Shown: piece by piece, positions 1 to 13,719 of the stretch | Layout: each line of letters starts with the position of its first letter | How positions within the stretch are numbered: position 1 is the first letter of the stretch | Notes under the pieces: generated by a model | The model's database searches: none | What the model was told of the DNA's origin: nothing | The model's input: the letters and a program-made list of their open reading frames with translations, nothing else | Program-made: the position numbers and the translations under genes | Assembly (NCBI GenBank): GCA_028534125.1 | Contig: CM052817.1 | Span: forward strand, 58,964,001-59,028,000 | Source of the DNA: Lama glama | Taxonomy: Eukaryota | DNA: 64,000 bases | Reading direction: 5' to 3'

Positions 1-1246
1 GTCTCAACAGATGATCTGTTTAGCCTATAAATTCAATTTAGTAACCGGCATGCATCATTTAAATTACATTTTAAGTTTTTCTTTATCTTCTCCTATAGGT
101 ATAGCATTTGATTTCATAAATAAATAAAAAAATATGTATCTTCAAGAACAATTTATGACTTAGTGAAACTATTACTAATAAATTCAGAATAAGTGATATC
201 AATTAACTGCATTTGGAGGTTTTTATTTTGTTCTGTCAGGCATTCAATGAACTTTTCTAGAAATACAAATATGTTATTTTCTCATTTTACAGTCCTAAAA
301 AATATTTTCCAAAAGTAGACAGAAGTACAAACATTGAAGGCATTAAATAAGAAGGCAATCACAGAATAAAAATTCAAAAGAAAATGGGAAATACCTTTAA
401 TTTTCAATTGTGTAAAATGTACTTGTCAGAAGTGCCTTGAGAGTTTCAGCTTAATATCCGTTTTCCAGTCAGATCTCTTTGTTCACTCCACTCCTGTCCT
501 TCTTCCTCCATTAGCTTTGATAAACAAGAATTATAAACCTTTAAATTTCAATCACACCATTCAACATTTACTCTGATTCTAATTTAATTCTTTGAAGATA
601 CTCATCAGTTTGCTTTTTTTTTTCTTATTCTGCTGTTGCTCTAATAGATGTTTCAATTAAAACTAAATCCTGGAGTCTGAGCAGATAGCTCAATTAGAAG
701 TTGACTAACAAAACCAACACTTTTCACCCCACAGTGGATATTGTAGAATGACCTAAAAGCCAGAAATAGTTATATTTTACAGGATGTAGGAAAGTGGGCT
801 GGATTTTATCTAATTGAAAAGTATAAACTAAATTTGAATACTATATAGTGATTTGTAAAATATGAGACTATACAGTTATGCAGGCATAACTTGTACTTTT
901 TGCCATTTGTAAATCCAGATGGAATTTTGAGAGTTTACAAGAAGAAAATTAAAATGTTTATTTTAGTGATATATTTTGAGTACATCTAATCTCTCTTTTA
1001 GCATTCTTTCCTTCAAATATGTGAAAATTATTTTTCCCCCTGATGCTGTCTCATTTAAAATCTGGATGTTTCCACTCCCTCCCATACTCAGTTGGCATCA
1101 TTTCTAGACTGTTCACCATTCATTTTCAGAAATTTTCATGTCATCAAAGCTTCTGTTAAATTATGGCACATGGAATTCAACAATCATCTGTGGTATGTTT
1201 AGTCCACAATTTCACGACATTAGTCTGTCCCTTTGTGAGGCAAAAC

Positions 1247-1445
1247 AGTCTAGTTGGGTAAGGGTACAGACTCCGGAGTCAGAGTGACAAGCTTGGAATC
1301 ACGGTTCCATTGTCTTCTAGCTGTGTTTTCTTCATGCACAAAATGGAAAAAACATAGTACCCTCCACACAGGGTGACAAAAAGATTGAGTGGACATAAAC
1401 ACTTAGAATAGTATCTAGTATATAATTAGCACTATATAAGCCCTT
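1247..1445 (+). mobile_element. MIR SINE, degraded
   Basis: cagactccggagtcaga head, core cttcatgcacaaaatgg, tail acacttagaatagtatctagtatata. Confidence 0.7.
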
Positions 1446-4400
1446 ATTTTTATCTTTTGTCCTAGGTATTTTACCCCTAAAATCCAGGCTAAAAAATTAG
1501 TTGTTTACCTCCAACTGGAAGGGAGGTATATATTCAAGTTTATACTGACTCATGATATATCTGTAATAAAAAAGCTAAAATTCTCAGCGTATTTTATGTG
1601 AATTACTAGTAAACCACACTCCTTTTCCTCAAATGTATACAAGGGTTTTTGAAAATACATTGAAATTGTGTATAATTCTTGATGTACTTAGAAGGAATGG
1701 AAAACTCCTGATCTGTGTTCACTTAGAGTCTTAGTGGTGTTTTTGCTCCAGCCTTAGTTTCATTAACTCCACAATCTTTAAAATAGGAAACAGATTATGT
1801 TTTATTTGATTTGCTTCTTATTTGTCTACCATCATTCTAGCTTTGTGATAGATTGTATTTATATTGGGACAGAAATCAACATATCTTTTTATAGTTTAAA
1901 ATAAAGGTTCATGTCCTGTATTTTTCCAAAGTAGGGCAACCTCATTTTTTCTGAATAGGTGTGGAAACTGTACTGACGTTATTAGGGAGTAATCAGGTCA
2001 AATAGTAGAAGGCATTCTTTTGAATTCCACATAAGTGTTTGTTCATTTGTGATGTAATAATATATGACTATGGGAAATAAATATAACTGTTTTTCAATAT
2101 CATAAATATTGGCAGAGAGATTGTTTCAGGTGCTGCTGGATCAAAATATAATTGTGTTTTATGGTGGGTGAATCATAATTATTATTCATAGGATAATCAC
2201 CTCTGTTGTCATGACAATAATTGTCTTTAAGTGAGTTAGGCACATTTTGAATGTCATACCCAACCAAGGATCAAAATTATTAAAGTAGGCTGAATATTTT
2301 CTCTAAATGATAGGTACAGGTGATGAGAATTGATGCTGGTACTCTTAAGGTATCACATAATCTTTCATGAATATCCATATGTAGAATTAGCACATTTCAC
2401 CTGATTGCCATTTTGCCTAAGTATCTTACTGTCATCAATCCCAGCTTCATCCTACATATGTTAGCCTAGCAACTTTGTGGGTAAATGTTAGCTGATGTCT
2501 CTCCCTATAATTTCTCCTTCTTTCTGTCTTTTACCATTATCACTTTTTTTTTACTATTATCTTTATTCTTTTATTTTATCATTCCCTGTTTAGTCAATTC
2601 TACCTCAGGAAACTTGCAAAGGTAAAATCTGCTCAAGTGACAAACTCTTCCTTTGTCAAAATCTTGAGTAAGACCAGGGCTTAAACATACGGATTGTTCT
2701 CAGTGAGGAAGCTATAGTGATATAATTATCTAAACTGGAAATGTCAGTCTCTGGCATTCAGTACTAGACTTATTTTAAACATCATGGTGTGCATAAAAAT
2801 CACTTTGAGAGTAGGTTGCAAGGCAGACACAGTGGATCCTAACCTGTGTGACTTTTGTCCCAATTAGTGAGAATTTGTCAATCTTCATTTCAGACAAAAT
2901 CTCTGATTCATTGTTATATAGGTAGCTCTGGACCTTTCTAAAGAAAAGTGATGTAAGAAAACCAGGCTCTGAGTTAGCTCTGGCTTGATGATCTGAATGT
3001 TACACAGAATGACAACTAAGAAAGTGTGGGGACCAACTATGTTGGAGCAAGGCCTTTACACTTCTTTAAACTCTCGGTTCTTTATCAAGTAGGATTATTC
3101 AGCAGTTGATTCATAAAGTTAAAACACTGAGGTAATTGTAGTTGTGGACATTGCTCTACATATTTCACAGACTCTTAGTCTGTTTGTGCATAGAATGTAC
3201 TGAGCTGTTTCTAATCTAAGGCAGTTGGAGTGATACAACTTTTCAGCCTTAGTATTACAAAAACATTTCACCCTTCATAATAGGCTTGTTACACAATAGA
3301 AAAAGGAATCTTCTGAGACCATATTCCAACTGATGAGTTTAGAGAAATCTCAAACATTTTCATTAGCTGAATGTCTTAGTGCATTTCCTGGAAAGAAGCC
3401 TGGATGCCCCTTTAGCCATATAAGTGATGTACTTTCCCCAAATAGTTGGGCAATATAGACCATATAAGAATGTGCCTTTTAGGAGGGTGACATAAATCAC
3501 CATTGATGGTGAACAAATGAGTCTCAAACATTTGTAGTTTAGCCTGCAATCATGTTCTTACCAAAAGATAAAAGGATATAGTGCTTTCATGGAATTCTTT
3601 GTTAAAGCATAAAGTGAATCAGTCTGAAGATGCTTTCAACTGAGAATGAGAATTAGGAAATGGCTCATAAGTTGAAGATAAGAGGACTTTAGTCAAGAAG
3701 GTACTAGGACTGGGGCTAAAAGCAAGGCAGTTACTAACATGTCATAACAAAACAAGGGCCTAAAAGTGAATTAAAATCTAGAATCTCAAAAGTCAGATAG
3801 TCTCTTGTAAAGCCAGCAATTATAATACAGAAGTGAACCCAGTGACATCTAGTTTATGCAAAAATTATTTGTATTTCTTGCCAACTTTAAAGACTAGGGA
3901 CCAGGTATACACACTTCAGGCCCTACTATGTATGAAAGGAAATAAAAACAGGTTTTTATAGAATAAAAGAATATTGATGATATTTTTATCCTTAGTAGGG
4001 ATGGGGTAAGAGAGAATATAGAAGTTCTTCTCTAATGTTTGAGGACATTGAGTAGATCTGGATATTGAGTCAAGCTAAAACAGGTGCACTTAGTGAAAGA
4101 TTAAATTATAAGAGAAAAGCAAAACCTTACTTGGGGAAATTGCCTTAATAGAATTTCATTGTCCCTGTTCAAATCTTCCAATTTGTAAGCATTTTCAGAG
4201 AATTTTTTGGTGATTGATTAATGATAACAAAACTTACAGGAAATCTAAACCAGAGCAATAGCTTACTGGCTTATAAAAAATACTATTGCTAGGATGAAGA
4301 GGCTCTGTAGCAAATTCTGTTCTGTACAAAAGTCTAAAAGTGTATTAGGTGATAACTGAGTCACAATAAGGAGAAGTAACTGGGTAAATTGCGTGAACTT

Positions 4401-6340
4401 AAAGGGTACTGCATTGTGCTATGAAAACCTCATGACTCCTCTCCACTGCAGAATATAATTGCAAAATAAACTATAATTACAAAATCATCTGGTTAACTAC
4501 CTCAGAGCCCTCCCCTATTAACTGTATTCTCCTGAGGTTTCCCTTTTTCTAGATTCCAGTTGAACAGTTATTGAAATCCTTCTTACTCAGATATGAGCAT
4601 GTAGTTGATTACTTTTTTATCTTACCTAGGTTAGGTTTTGATGAAATTAATAATGTGAATCATTCTTTCGGCCATGGTTTAAGAGGCAGTCATTTCTCCA
4701 AGAGCCTGGCTTCTCAGATTCAGTTCACTAGGGAACTTGTTCCAGATTTGGTTGTTCTCATGAGGGAACTAGAGACAACATTCTGAGAAGTACTGCCCTA
4801 AGGAATTCTGTAGATAATTAATCTCATCCACAGTATGTGATTTTACAACTTGAAGTCTGAGACTCGTCAACATTACTCTGAAGGCTGTCATGCTAGTAAT
4901 TTTTTTTGAATGACATTTACTCATGGATAAGACTGGCTGAAATGAAACCAGAACTTCAAAGTTTAAACAAGTTACGTGATTGCTTTTGTCTCTAGACAAG
5001 TAAAAATCCCAAGTCAATTAAATATCACTTGTCTTACTATGAACATAGGATAGTATTTAGTCCTCAGCCTGGAATTGTATTAATATCATTAAATCAGCTT
5101 TATAATTTGGGAACTAATCTTATAAACCATTGAGTTCAAAATGTGTCTGTTATAGGAGAGTAAACTGGTTCACGATGAACCCATAGTGATATAGTTAGCA
5201 GACCTGAGTTTAAATCCAAATCTTATGCTGTTTAACTTGGTCATTGTTCAACTGTGGTACTTTAAGGAGCCAGAGAGGAAAATGTATAAAATGCCAAAAT
5301 TCTGCCAAAGCTGACTGTAGTTTTAAACTGATGCAACATCACAACTTTTGCATTGACCCATTTTTCTAAGAGAATTTCAGCATGCATGGACAATCCTAAA
5401 TGTATTTATAAGTCCAATTTTTAGTAAACATGTCCATAGAAACAATTATAATCCATTATCACTCGAGATGAAGAAGTTTATAAAGATAAACAGATGGTAA
5501 AATGATTTACAGAGACTAAACGTCATTACATATTAGAATGAGTCATTTGAGTTTTATAAAAATAAATGTATTCAATGCAACCCTGGAGAAATTTATCCAA
5601 AATAATTCATTTTCATATTTGTGTCTATGATTTTTAATGCATTAATTAAAATACTTAGTGAGTGTTAGCAAAATATTATACTGTATGCCTTGGAAATAGA
5701 TATGCTTTGAGCTTGAAGAAATGAGATAGTATATTTTAAATTTTATTCCTACCTAACAAGTGATGGCTCCTCAATACATATTTATTTAATCAGTACGTAT
5801 GTAAAGTTGTAGGACACACTCCCTAGTTTTTATGAGTTTATTCTATAAATTATAAGGAGAGAAAGCACATATAGATATGTAAATTCAGAAGTCAATATAT
5901 AATACTTTTTACTTAAGAAATATGATAGTTGATATAGAAGTTCAAAGAGTAATAGAAGACTTCCAGTTGGCCAGCAATTTGAAGGATTTTGAGAAAGCAG
6001 TAAGTATAAGCTAAATTGACATACAGGTTTTATTTAAATAAAGGAGTTAACAATCCAGTTAGTTGGTTTAAACTTTGTAATGTCACCGATTAAGCAAGAC
6101 CAGACACATTAGGTTTTGTAGGACTTGGAATTCTAGGTTAAGGATTTTTAACTTTATTCTTGAATATTTTTATTTGGACTTAGACAGACTATTGAGTCAT
6201 GTAAAATTGTAACTGAATCATTTAAATTCAAGATTTTTACTTTCTTTGTAGATTACAAGTCCATCATATTTAGCATAAAACTAATTGTTTTATCATAACA
6301 AAAATCAATGAATATCATGTGTCCTTTCTTTCCTAATTAT

Positions 6341-6373
6341 TTTTATACCTGTCAATTCTTGACAGGTATAAAA
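6341..6373. repeat. Perfect 15-bp inverted repeat with 3-nt loop
   Basis: TTTTATACCTGTCAA-ttc-TTGACAGGTATAAAA; arms are exact reverse complements. Confidence 0.97.
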
Positions 6374-7345
6374 CCTGTAAACTCTGTATTTTGATAAAAA
6401 TTAGAATTCTTTTTTTATGCTTTAAGAAAAGATATTTTGACATCTGTAGTAATGAGTGAAAGAAATATTACTGATTTCTTTGCATTTAATTTCTGAAAAC
6501 CAGCAAACTTGAGAAGGCATTACCAAATATAAAATTTATCTTAATGTAACTTGTCATACAGATAAACTTGGTTTTCTTCCCATTCCCCTACTTACCCAAC
6601 CACAGAAAAAGAGACAGCTTGAAAAGAATTAATTAAGTGTTAAGATTCAAAGGAAAGACCTGTCATCCAGTAAGAAACTTGCTCATAATATATTTCCTAT
6701 ATTAGACAAAAAAGGCCTGATTTGTTTTTAATTTTTCTGTCAAAATTCTTTCATCCTTGTAAATCTATGTGGTATATAGTGCATCTCACTGATACCTACT
6801 TTTTTTAATTTCACTTTAACTCATTTCTTGTTGTCCTTATTTGGGCTTTGGAAAGTAGGGGCTAAGGTAGAGCAAACTAATTTATTTAATGAAGATACTT
6901 GAAGGTTCAGGGGAAACTCAATGAGGCAATGCCAAGCCATGTTTTGGAGTGTAAGAGAAGAGAATTGCCATTGAATTACATGAAAGAAATTGATAGAACT
7001 GAAAAGAAGGGAGAGGAGGAGGGAAAGAAGGCATGGAGGGAAGAGAGAGAGAAGAGGCAGGTGGAGACTGAGAGGGAAGGGAATCTTTAGTTCACTATGA
7101 AGTGTGCAGTATGAATGATCTCTTTTGTCTCTCCTGTGGAACCTTTAGTAAATTCTGCCATGCTGATCAGTGCTTGTATATGAGAAAATTTATTTGGAAA
7201 CACTAAAAACACTCAAAGAAGGGCCAAGTAACATTTGAGTTAATATTCATACACTCAAAAATACCTCTTGAATGTGTATGATGTGTCAAGCCATCTCTGG
7301 GGAGAAAGAGGCAATTAAAATGATCACAATGCTTCTTTCACACAG

Positions 7346-7878
7346 TGTGGTAGACAGGATTCAAAGACGAGCCCAATGACCCAAGCCCTTCTACCATCCT
7401 CTCCTCTTATGTGTGGACAGGACCATGACTATGAGGGGATATCACTCACATGATGGGAGTAGTTATCAGCGACTTCGAGATAATCTCAAGGAAGTTTATT
7501 CTGAGTGGGCCTGACCAGTAGAAGAAACCCCTTTTAAGGCCCTTCCTAAGAGAATAAAAGCATGAGAAGGTCTATGGAGGGGGCCACATAGCAAAAACCT
7601 GAGAGTGGCTTCTAGGAGCAGAGTTGTCCTCAAACAGATAGTAAATACATGGGGGCTTCAGTTTTATGGCTGCAAGGAAATGCATTTTTCAAAAACAAAC
7701 ATAGGAAGCTTAGAAATCTACAGATGCAGATGCAACCAGCTGACACCTTGCCTTCAGCCTTGTGAGACTGAGCAGAGGGTTCAGATTCCTGACTTGGAAA
7801 TTGTGAGATAAGAACTTTTTGTTTTTTAACCTGCTAAAATTGTGGTGATTTGTTACACAGAAAAAGGAATCTAATGCA
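7346..7878 (+). mobile_element. MaLR solo LTR (MLT1E/F-like)
   Basis: TG start tgtggtagacag; gctgacaccttg..cagccttgtgagac; end ctgctaaaattgtggtgatttgttacacag..ctaatgca. Confidence 0.85.
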
Positions 7879-8051
7879 TGCTCTTGCTTCCTTTTATTTG
7901 TCTTTCTATTACTCTGTGTTATTATTATAATTTTAATTTACAATCATTAAATGAGAGAATCCAGTAATCATACTGTCCTGAATATGTATCAATGGGCCCC
8001 TCTAGCCACGCTGTTTCAAATTCTGGTGCCCTGGTTAGGCTGATGAGGTGG

Positions 8052-8287
8052 ATAGTTAGCACTTCCTGAATACTACGCATGTTAGATACTGTATTAAGCA
8101 TCTTTCATGATTGACTCATCTAATCATCACAGACATTATAATTAGCTCCACCCTATGGATGAGGTAACTGAGGTACAAAGAAGTTAAGTAATATGCCCAA
8201 GGTCACACAGCTCGTGAATAGGAAAATTGAGGTTTGAAAATCCAGGCAGTCTGGTTTTAAAGTGTAGGTTTAACCATACTGCCTCTC
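8052..8287 (-). mobile_element. MIR SINE
   Basis: Core gatgaggtaactgaggtacaaagaagttaagtaatatgcccaaggtcacacagct. Confidence 0.9.
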
Positions 8288-9249
8288 CTAATGCACCTTT
8301 AGAGAATACCTGAACAAGTTCTAGCCACATTTAGATGTGTCATATTGTGAAGACAGAAGCTTCTTAAATTCTCTGGTAAGTTGCAGACATTGCCCTGTGA
8401 GGAATCTTCTTGGTACTTATGAAATATTTCGTAAGTGTCACATTGATGAATAATTCTGAGAAGCTGTACCTACACCAAAAATGACAGCTCTCAGAAGAGT
8501 TTCAGAGATGCAGGTGAAAAGCATTGCTTCTGAAAATTTGTTTATAAATGAGTAGTAGTATTTAAAATAACAAAAGCTTAAGTTCTGAATGGCCATTTTC
8601 TAACATGCCATATGAAAAGAAATTCTTCCTTCCAACTAGAAGAAAATTATTAAACATTCAGGTAATGGCATTTTACAAGATTTTCAATATTGGGAATTTT
8701 GTCATAAGTATAATCTAATATTAATACATAACACGATTCATTGTAGTTTCTATTTGAGAACTTTCTAATCTGTCATTATGAGATATTATTATCTGTCTTG
8801 CTCCCATGGTTTTCTGTGCTAAAGCATTTCACTGACTGTAAATTAATGAGCATAACAAAAAAAATCTATTTGTAAGGGAAGTCAAGACACATAGAGAATA
8901 ATTTTTATTAATAATATCCTCATGAAAGCGTATCAGTGTGATTATAGTAAAGCTGTGTGGCCTTGTCACTGAATTAGAAAATATTTTGAGGGTATTCATT
9001 TTTCTCTTGGGTAATGGTTACTGCAACACACCCATTTTAGAACGGTAATATAGTTTAATCTCTATTAATGAAATACCTTTTCTATACTTTTGGTATAATT
9101 ACTATCTTAACACTACATATTTCCTCATTCTCTTTAATTTAATCTTCATAATATGCCTCCACATTTTTCTTTTAAAATTTTATTTATACATCCATGCTCC
9201 TTTTACACTTTAAAATGAGTTGGGAATTAACTCAAGTCTTATACAAAAA

Positions 9250-9790
9250 TTTATCAAAGTTCTAGAACATGTTAGGTATGGTGCTAGGAAGTAGATACAT
9301 TATAATAAAAAAAGCATTACCCATAGTGTAATGGAGATTTTAGTCTAGAAGTAAACTCCCTGCAAATTTGTATGTTTCTGTGTATATTTAATACACATAC
9401 ACACGCACATAAACTATGTCTATATGTGTGCATGCAATTATATATCTTGATAAGTGATGTAAAGGGAAAAATCAATTTGATGAAGAATATTAACAGGGGA
9501 AAGTATGTTAAACTAGTGGGTAATTAATGTAGATCTCCAAGCAGAGGTAAAATTTAAAATGGAATAGGCATCTGAAAAGCAGGGAAATTTGAAACTGAAG
9601 AAATGGAATGTATCAAGATGCTGAGGTGAGAAATCCAACATTTAGAATGGTGGCTAATCAGTTCGAAGGTTATTAGTAAGTAGGTCAGAGAATACCAGGA
9701 AATTGGAGAGGTAAGCAAATCCCATTCATTGAGAACTCATTGTACCTGTTAGAGAATTTAGAGTTTTAGAGATTGTCTTTTCAGTATTGA
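9250..9790 (-). mobile_element. L2 LINE 3' fragment, degraded
   Basis: catgttaggtatggtgctaggaagtagataca and following purine-rich L2-type sequence. Confidence 0.6.
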
Positions 9791-9888
9791 GGAAGAACAA
9801 ACACTAAAATTAGTTTAAGTTAGTCTTCTTCCAGCCATTGTTTGTCTTCATCTGGGTTTACTTTAAAAATTCAGGGTTATAGTCTTCT

Positions 9889-10016
9889 AACCAGATCTTA
9901 CACCTTTCACAAAAATTAACTTGAAATGGATCATACATCTAAGTGTGACATAAGGAACTTGAAAACTTCTAGAAGGAAACATAAGAAAATTTACATGATT
10001 TTAGGTTTAGTGATGT
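9889..10016 (+). mobile_element. Old L1 ORF2 3' fragment (left part of interrupted host L1)
   Basis: cttacacctttcacaaaaattaacttgaaatggatcata..aaaacttctagaaggaaacata. Confidence 0.85.
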
Positions 10017-10018
10017 CG

Positions 10019-11529
10019 TTTTTTTTAACTTGAGGTATGATTGACATACAATACTATGTTGGTTTCAGGTGTACAACATAGTGGTTTGACATTTGTATAC
10101 ATTGTGAAATGGTTACCACAGTAAGTCTAGATACCATCTGTCACCTTACAAAGTTAATATTATTTACTATATTTCCCATGCTGTATGTTACATTCCCAGG
10201 ACTTATTTATTTTATAACTAGAATTGTGTACTTAATCTCTCACCTAATTTTCTACACACCCCTAATCCTTGACCCCTATCTGCCAACCGCCAATCTGTTC
10301 TCTTATTTTCAGTCTGGATTTTGTTTTGATTTGTTTGTTTTGCTTTTTAGATTCTACTTGTAAGTGAAATCATGTGGTATATTTCTTTCTCTGTCTGACT
10401 TACTTCACTTGGCATAATATCCTCTAGGTCCATATATGTTCTCAAAAAAGGCAAGATTTTTTTTGTGTGTGTGGCTGAGTAGTGTTCAGTTGTGTGTGTA
10501 TCTTTTTTATCTATTAATCCATCAGTAGACACTTAGGATAGTTCCATATCTTGGCTATTGTAGATAATGCTGCAGTGAACATAGGGGTGCATATATCTTT
10601 TCAAAATTAGTGTTTTTTTTTTTAATTTGGAAAAATACCTAGAAGTTGAAATACTGAATTGTATGATAGTTCTATTTTTAACTTTTTGAAGAATGTTTAT
10701 ACTATTTTTTGTAGTGACTATATTAATTTACATTTCCACCAACATGAAGATTCTCTTTTCTCCATATCCTTGCTAATACTTGTTAATTATTATGTGTTTT
10801 GGTAATAGCCATTCTGACAGATGTGAGGTGACATCTCATTATGGTTTTGATTTGCATTTCCCTGGTATTTAATGATGTCAAGCATCTTTTCATGTGTCTG
10901 TTGGCCATCTGTACGCCTTCTTTGGAAAAATGTTCAGGCCTTCACATTTTATAATCAAGTTTTTTTTTTATTTGATGTTGTGTTTTAAGAGTTCTTTGAA
11001 TATTTTGGATATTAACCACTTATCAGATGTATCATTTGCAAATATATTTTCCCATTCAGTAGGCGGCCTTTTGGTTTTGTTGCTAGTTTCCATGCTGTGA
11101 AAAAGAGGTTTAGTTTGTTTATTTTTGCTTTTGTCTGCCTTGCCTTTGCAGTCAGATCTAAAACAGCATTGCTAAGACTGATGCCAGGGAACTTACTTGC
11201 TTTTGTTTTCTCTGAGGAGTTTTATGGCTTCAGGTCTTACATACTAGTCTTTTAATTCATTTTGAGTTAATTTTTGAATATGGTGTCAGAGACCCAGTTA
11301 TTAGTGTATTCTTCAGCTCTGTGACTTCTATTTGGTTCTTTCTTATGTTTTCTCTTTGTTGAAGTTCTCACTGTGTACTTTTACTCTTTGTTGTGGAGTG
11401 CATTCATCTAGTTTTCAGAACTTTTCAGAGGGAAATGATTCACATGTAGCTGTCGACTTGTATTCATGTGAGAATGTGAGTTCAGAGTCTTCTTCAGTCT
11501 CCCATCTTCTTCAGTCTCCACTCATCCTT
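10019..11529 (-). mobile_element. L1 (L1MA-like) retaining 5' terminus, an ORF1 sliver and ORF2 tail plus 3'UTR; internally deleted and nested in an older L1
   Basis: T-tract and 3'UTR from 10019; ORF2 C-terminal peptide 10347-10532 (MDLEDIMPSEVSQTEKEIYHMISL); ORF1-like DNA 11295-11380; 5'-end-like gtgagttcagagtc..cccatctt; degraded TSD gtgatg..gtttt at 10010 and 11530. Confidence 0.85.
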
Positions 11530-11802
11530 GTGATGAGTTTTAGTAACATGTGGTTTATGAAAGAAATAAATGGATATGTTAACTTTCTTAAAATTAAAAC
11601 ATCTTTTCTGCAAAGAACACTTTTAAACTAGAAAGACAAGCCACAAACTGGGAGAAAATACTTGCAAGTACCTACCTGAAAAAACATTTATATCGAAAGT
11701 ATAGCAAACACTCTTAAAACTCAATAATAAGGACACAAACAACCCAGCTGAAAATTTCCTGTAAATCCAAAACTGTTCTAAAATAAAACATATATTTAAA
11801 AA
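11530..11802 (+). mobile_element. Old L1 (right part of interrupted host L1) with 3' tail
   Basis: aagacaagccacaaactgggagaaaatacttgcaa; aaactcaataataag..aacaaccca; tail tgtaaatccaaaactgttctaaaataaaa. Confidence 0.85.
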
Positions 11803-13719
11803 ATTAATGGTTGTAATTTCACTTTTTTCCCCAAAATTTGAAGATTTGAGTTGGTTGACATTTTTAAGCTATTTCTTGTGATTTTAGGTGTCACATGTTT
11901 TAAAAAATGTTAACAGTCCTATTTTTGTAGCCAAGGGAAAGAAAATGTCTTTCTTTCTCTTTTCTCAATAATTTAAAATTTTTCTCGTTGATGGAGGTTT
12001 TGGCAGTTGTGTCTACAAAAGAAAATATCAAAGAGAAAGTCTCAAAGCACAAAAGTTGGTAGAACCCCAGAGCTCCAAGATTCATTTTCTGTGAGAAATT
12101 CTAGAAGGTTGGCTTTTTAGGTCGTGTCCCTTCAATATTGTCTTGCTTTCTATCTCTAAAGGTGTTTCAGATTTATTTTACTCTTATACTTAACATGGTG
12201 GTCGTAGTAATGAGCAGATCAGTCAGAATATTCTAGGTTTTTTGTTCCAGGCTTTTACTTAGGTTGTTTCTTCAGACTTTAGTCTGGAAGTCTCTCCTTT
12301 CCTTTCCTCACAAATCAATTTTCATCTTTGCCAGGAAGTCTTTTCTGGGTCCTGTGATTTGAATCATGGCTACTTTTGTTGTCTTGGTAGTTTCCCTTTA
12401 ATCAACATTCATTAAGTAAGCAAGGATGTATTGAGCTTCTCCTGGGTATCAGATACTTGATGTGTTGGGCACATCAGCTAGCTAGAACTGTCAGCAACTT
12501 GAGGGCTGAGAACATCTCCCATTCATCTTAAGCCTCAGGACTTGGCAGAGTTCTTGGCATATAGTATGTGTTTTAGGAAGGGTGAGAGAGCAGAAGGGTG
12601 GGGAGTTTATGGTTCTGTGTGAAGAACAGGTCTCTCAGATGCAAGATTTTCAAAACCAGAACTTCTTTCATGGGTTTACTCATTTCCATGACTCCATGAC
12701 GCATAATTTTCTCTCAGGTTATGATTTTCCTTAAACTCATTGTCATTAACAATGCCCTGTTTCTGCTCCCAAAGGCTCTTGAGATGAATTTGCCCTATGA
12801 CAGAAAAATGAAATGGTTGCCAAAATGCTTTCACATATATATGAGAATTGATCTCAGATTCCTCCCGTCATTTATTTGGATAACTTGAGGAAAAAAGAAA
12901 GGAAATTCTTCCCATTTTTTATTAAGTAGGTTGGATTTTTGTTTCCTAAAGGTAGTTTTCAACAGATACCACTCTGTTTCATTGTATGGAGCACTTCTAT
13001 TAGGTGAGTGTGTGTTTTTGTGTGTGTGTGGTGTGTTCTGTGTTTATTGCTATATACTCAGCAGAATTGAAGCAGAGTTATGAAATAAAATTAAAATGTA
13101 GGCAAAATGTTATTTCATTAATATTTCCTGTTTAATTCTTCAAATATTAATAATTGTGTATATGTGTGTGAGTGGAAAAATGACTAGTCAAGTGATACTA
13201 TTTCATTCATTTAAATTCTCCACAATTCAGAAGTGTGTTTTAAACATGCATACAAATTTAAAAACCTTTCTTGATATTTTGTAGTTTGATTTTTGGTTAT
13301 TTCCAAAATATGGCAGTCTACACATTGCTCACATCCTAGATATGTAAATGATAAATATTTTTTTCTTATTCAGTCCTCAATGTATCTTCTAAAGTAATAA
13401 AATTAAGCTTGAAGAAGTGGTATATCATTAAGTAATTAAGTAATTACCCAGTATGTCCTGTACATATACATTTGTGGGTTGTTCTCACATAAATGTTTAG
13501 TAATATTTGAAACTACAGATTGTTCTATTATTTAATTCAAGCATGTTTATACATCAGAGTTTCTCAATTACCTGTGTTTATTTCATTTAATCAAAATAAT
13601 AGAACATTATACATATATTCATACATACAATATAATATTCAAACATGAAGGCCATAATTTCCATTGTAATTGATGAAAGTTTTTAATATAGTGGGTATTG
13701 TCTCTCAACATTTCCTATC

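Noticed and set aside
4571..5017. Overlapping 71-aa and 82-aa ORFs
   Set aside because: Non-ATG starts, no recognisable homology, no credible splice-site pair.
12410..12575. Two opposed L2 ends as a possible L2-derived miRNA hairpin
   Set aside because: Tails point outward and the copies are too degraded to pair into a clean stem.
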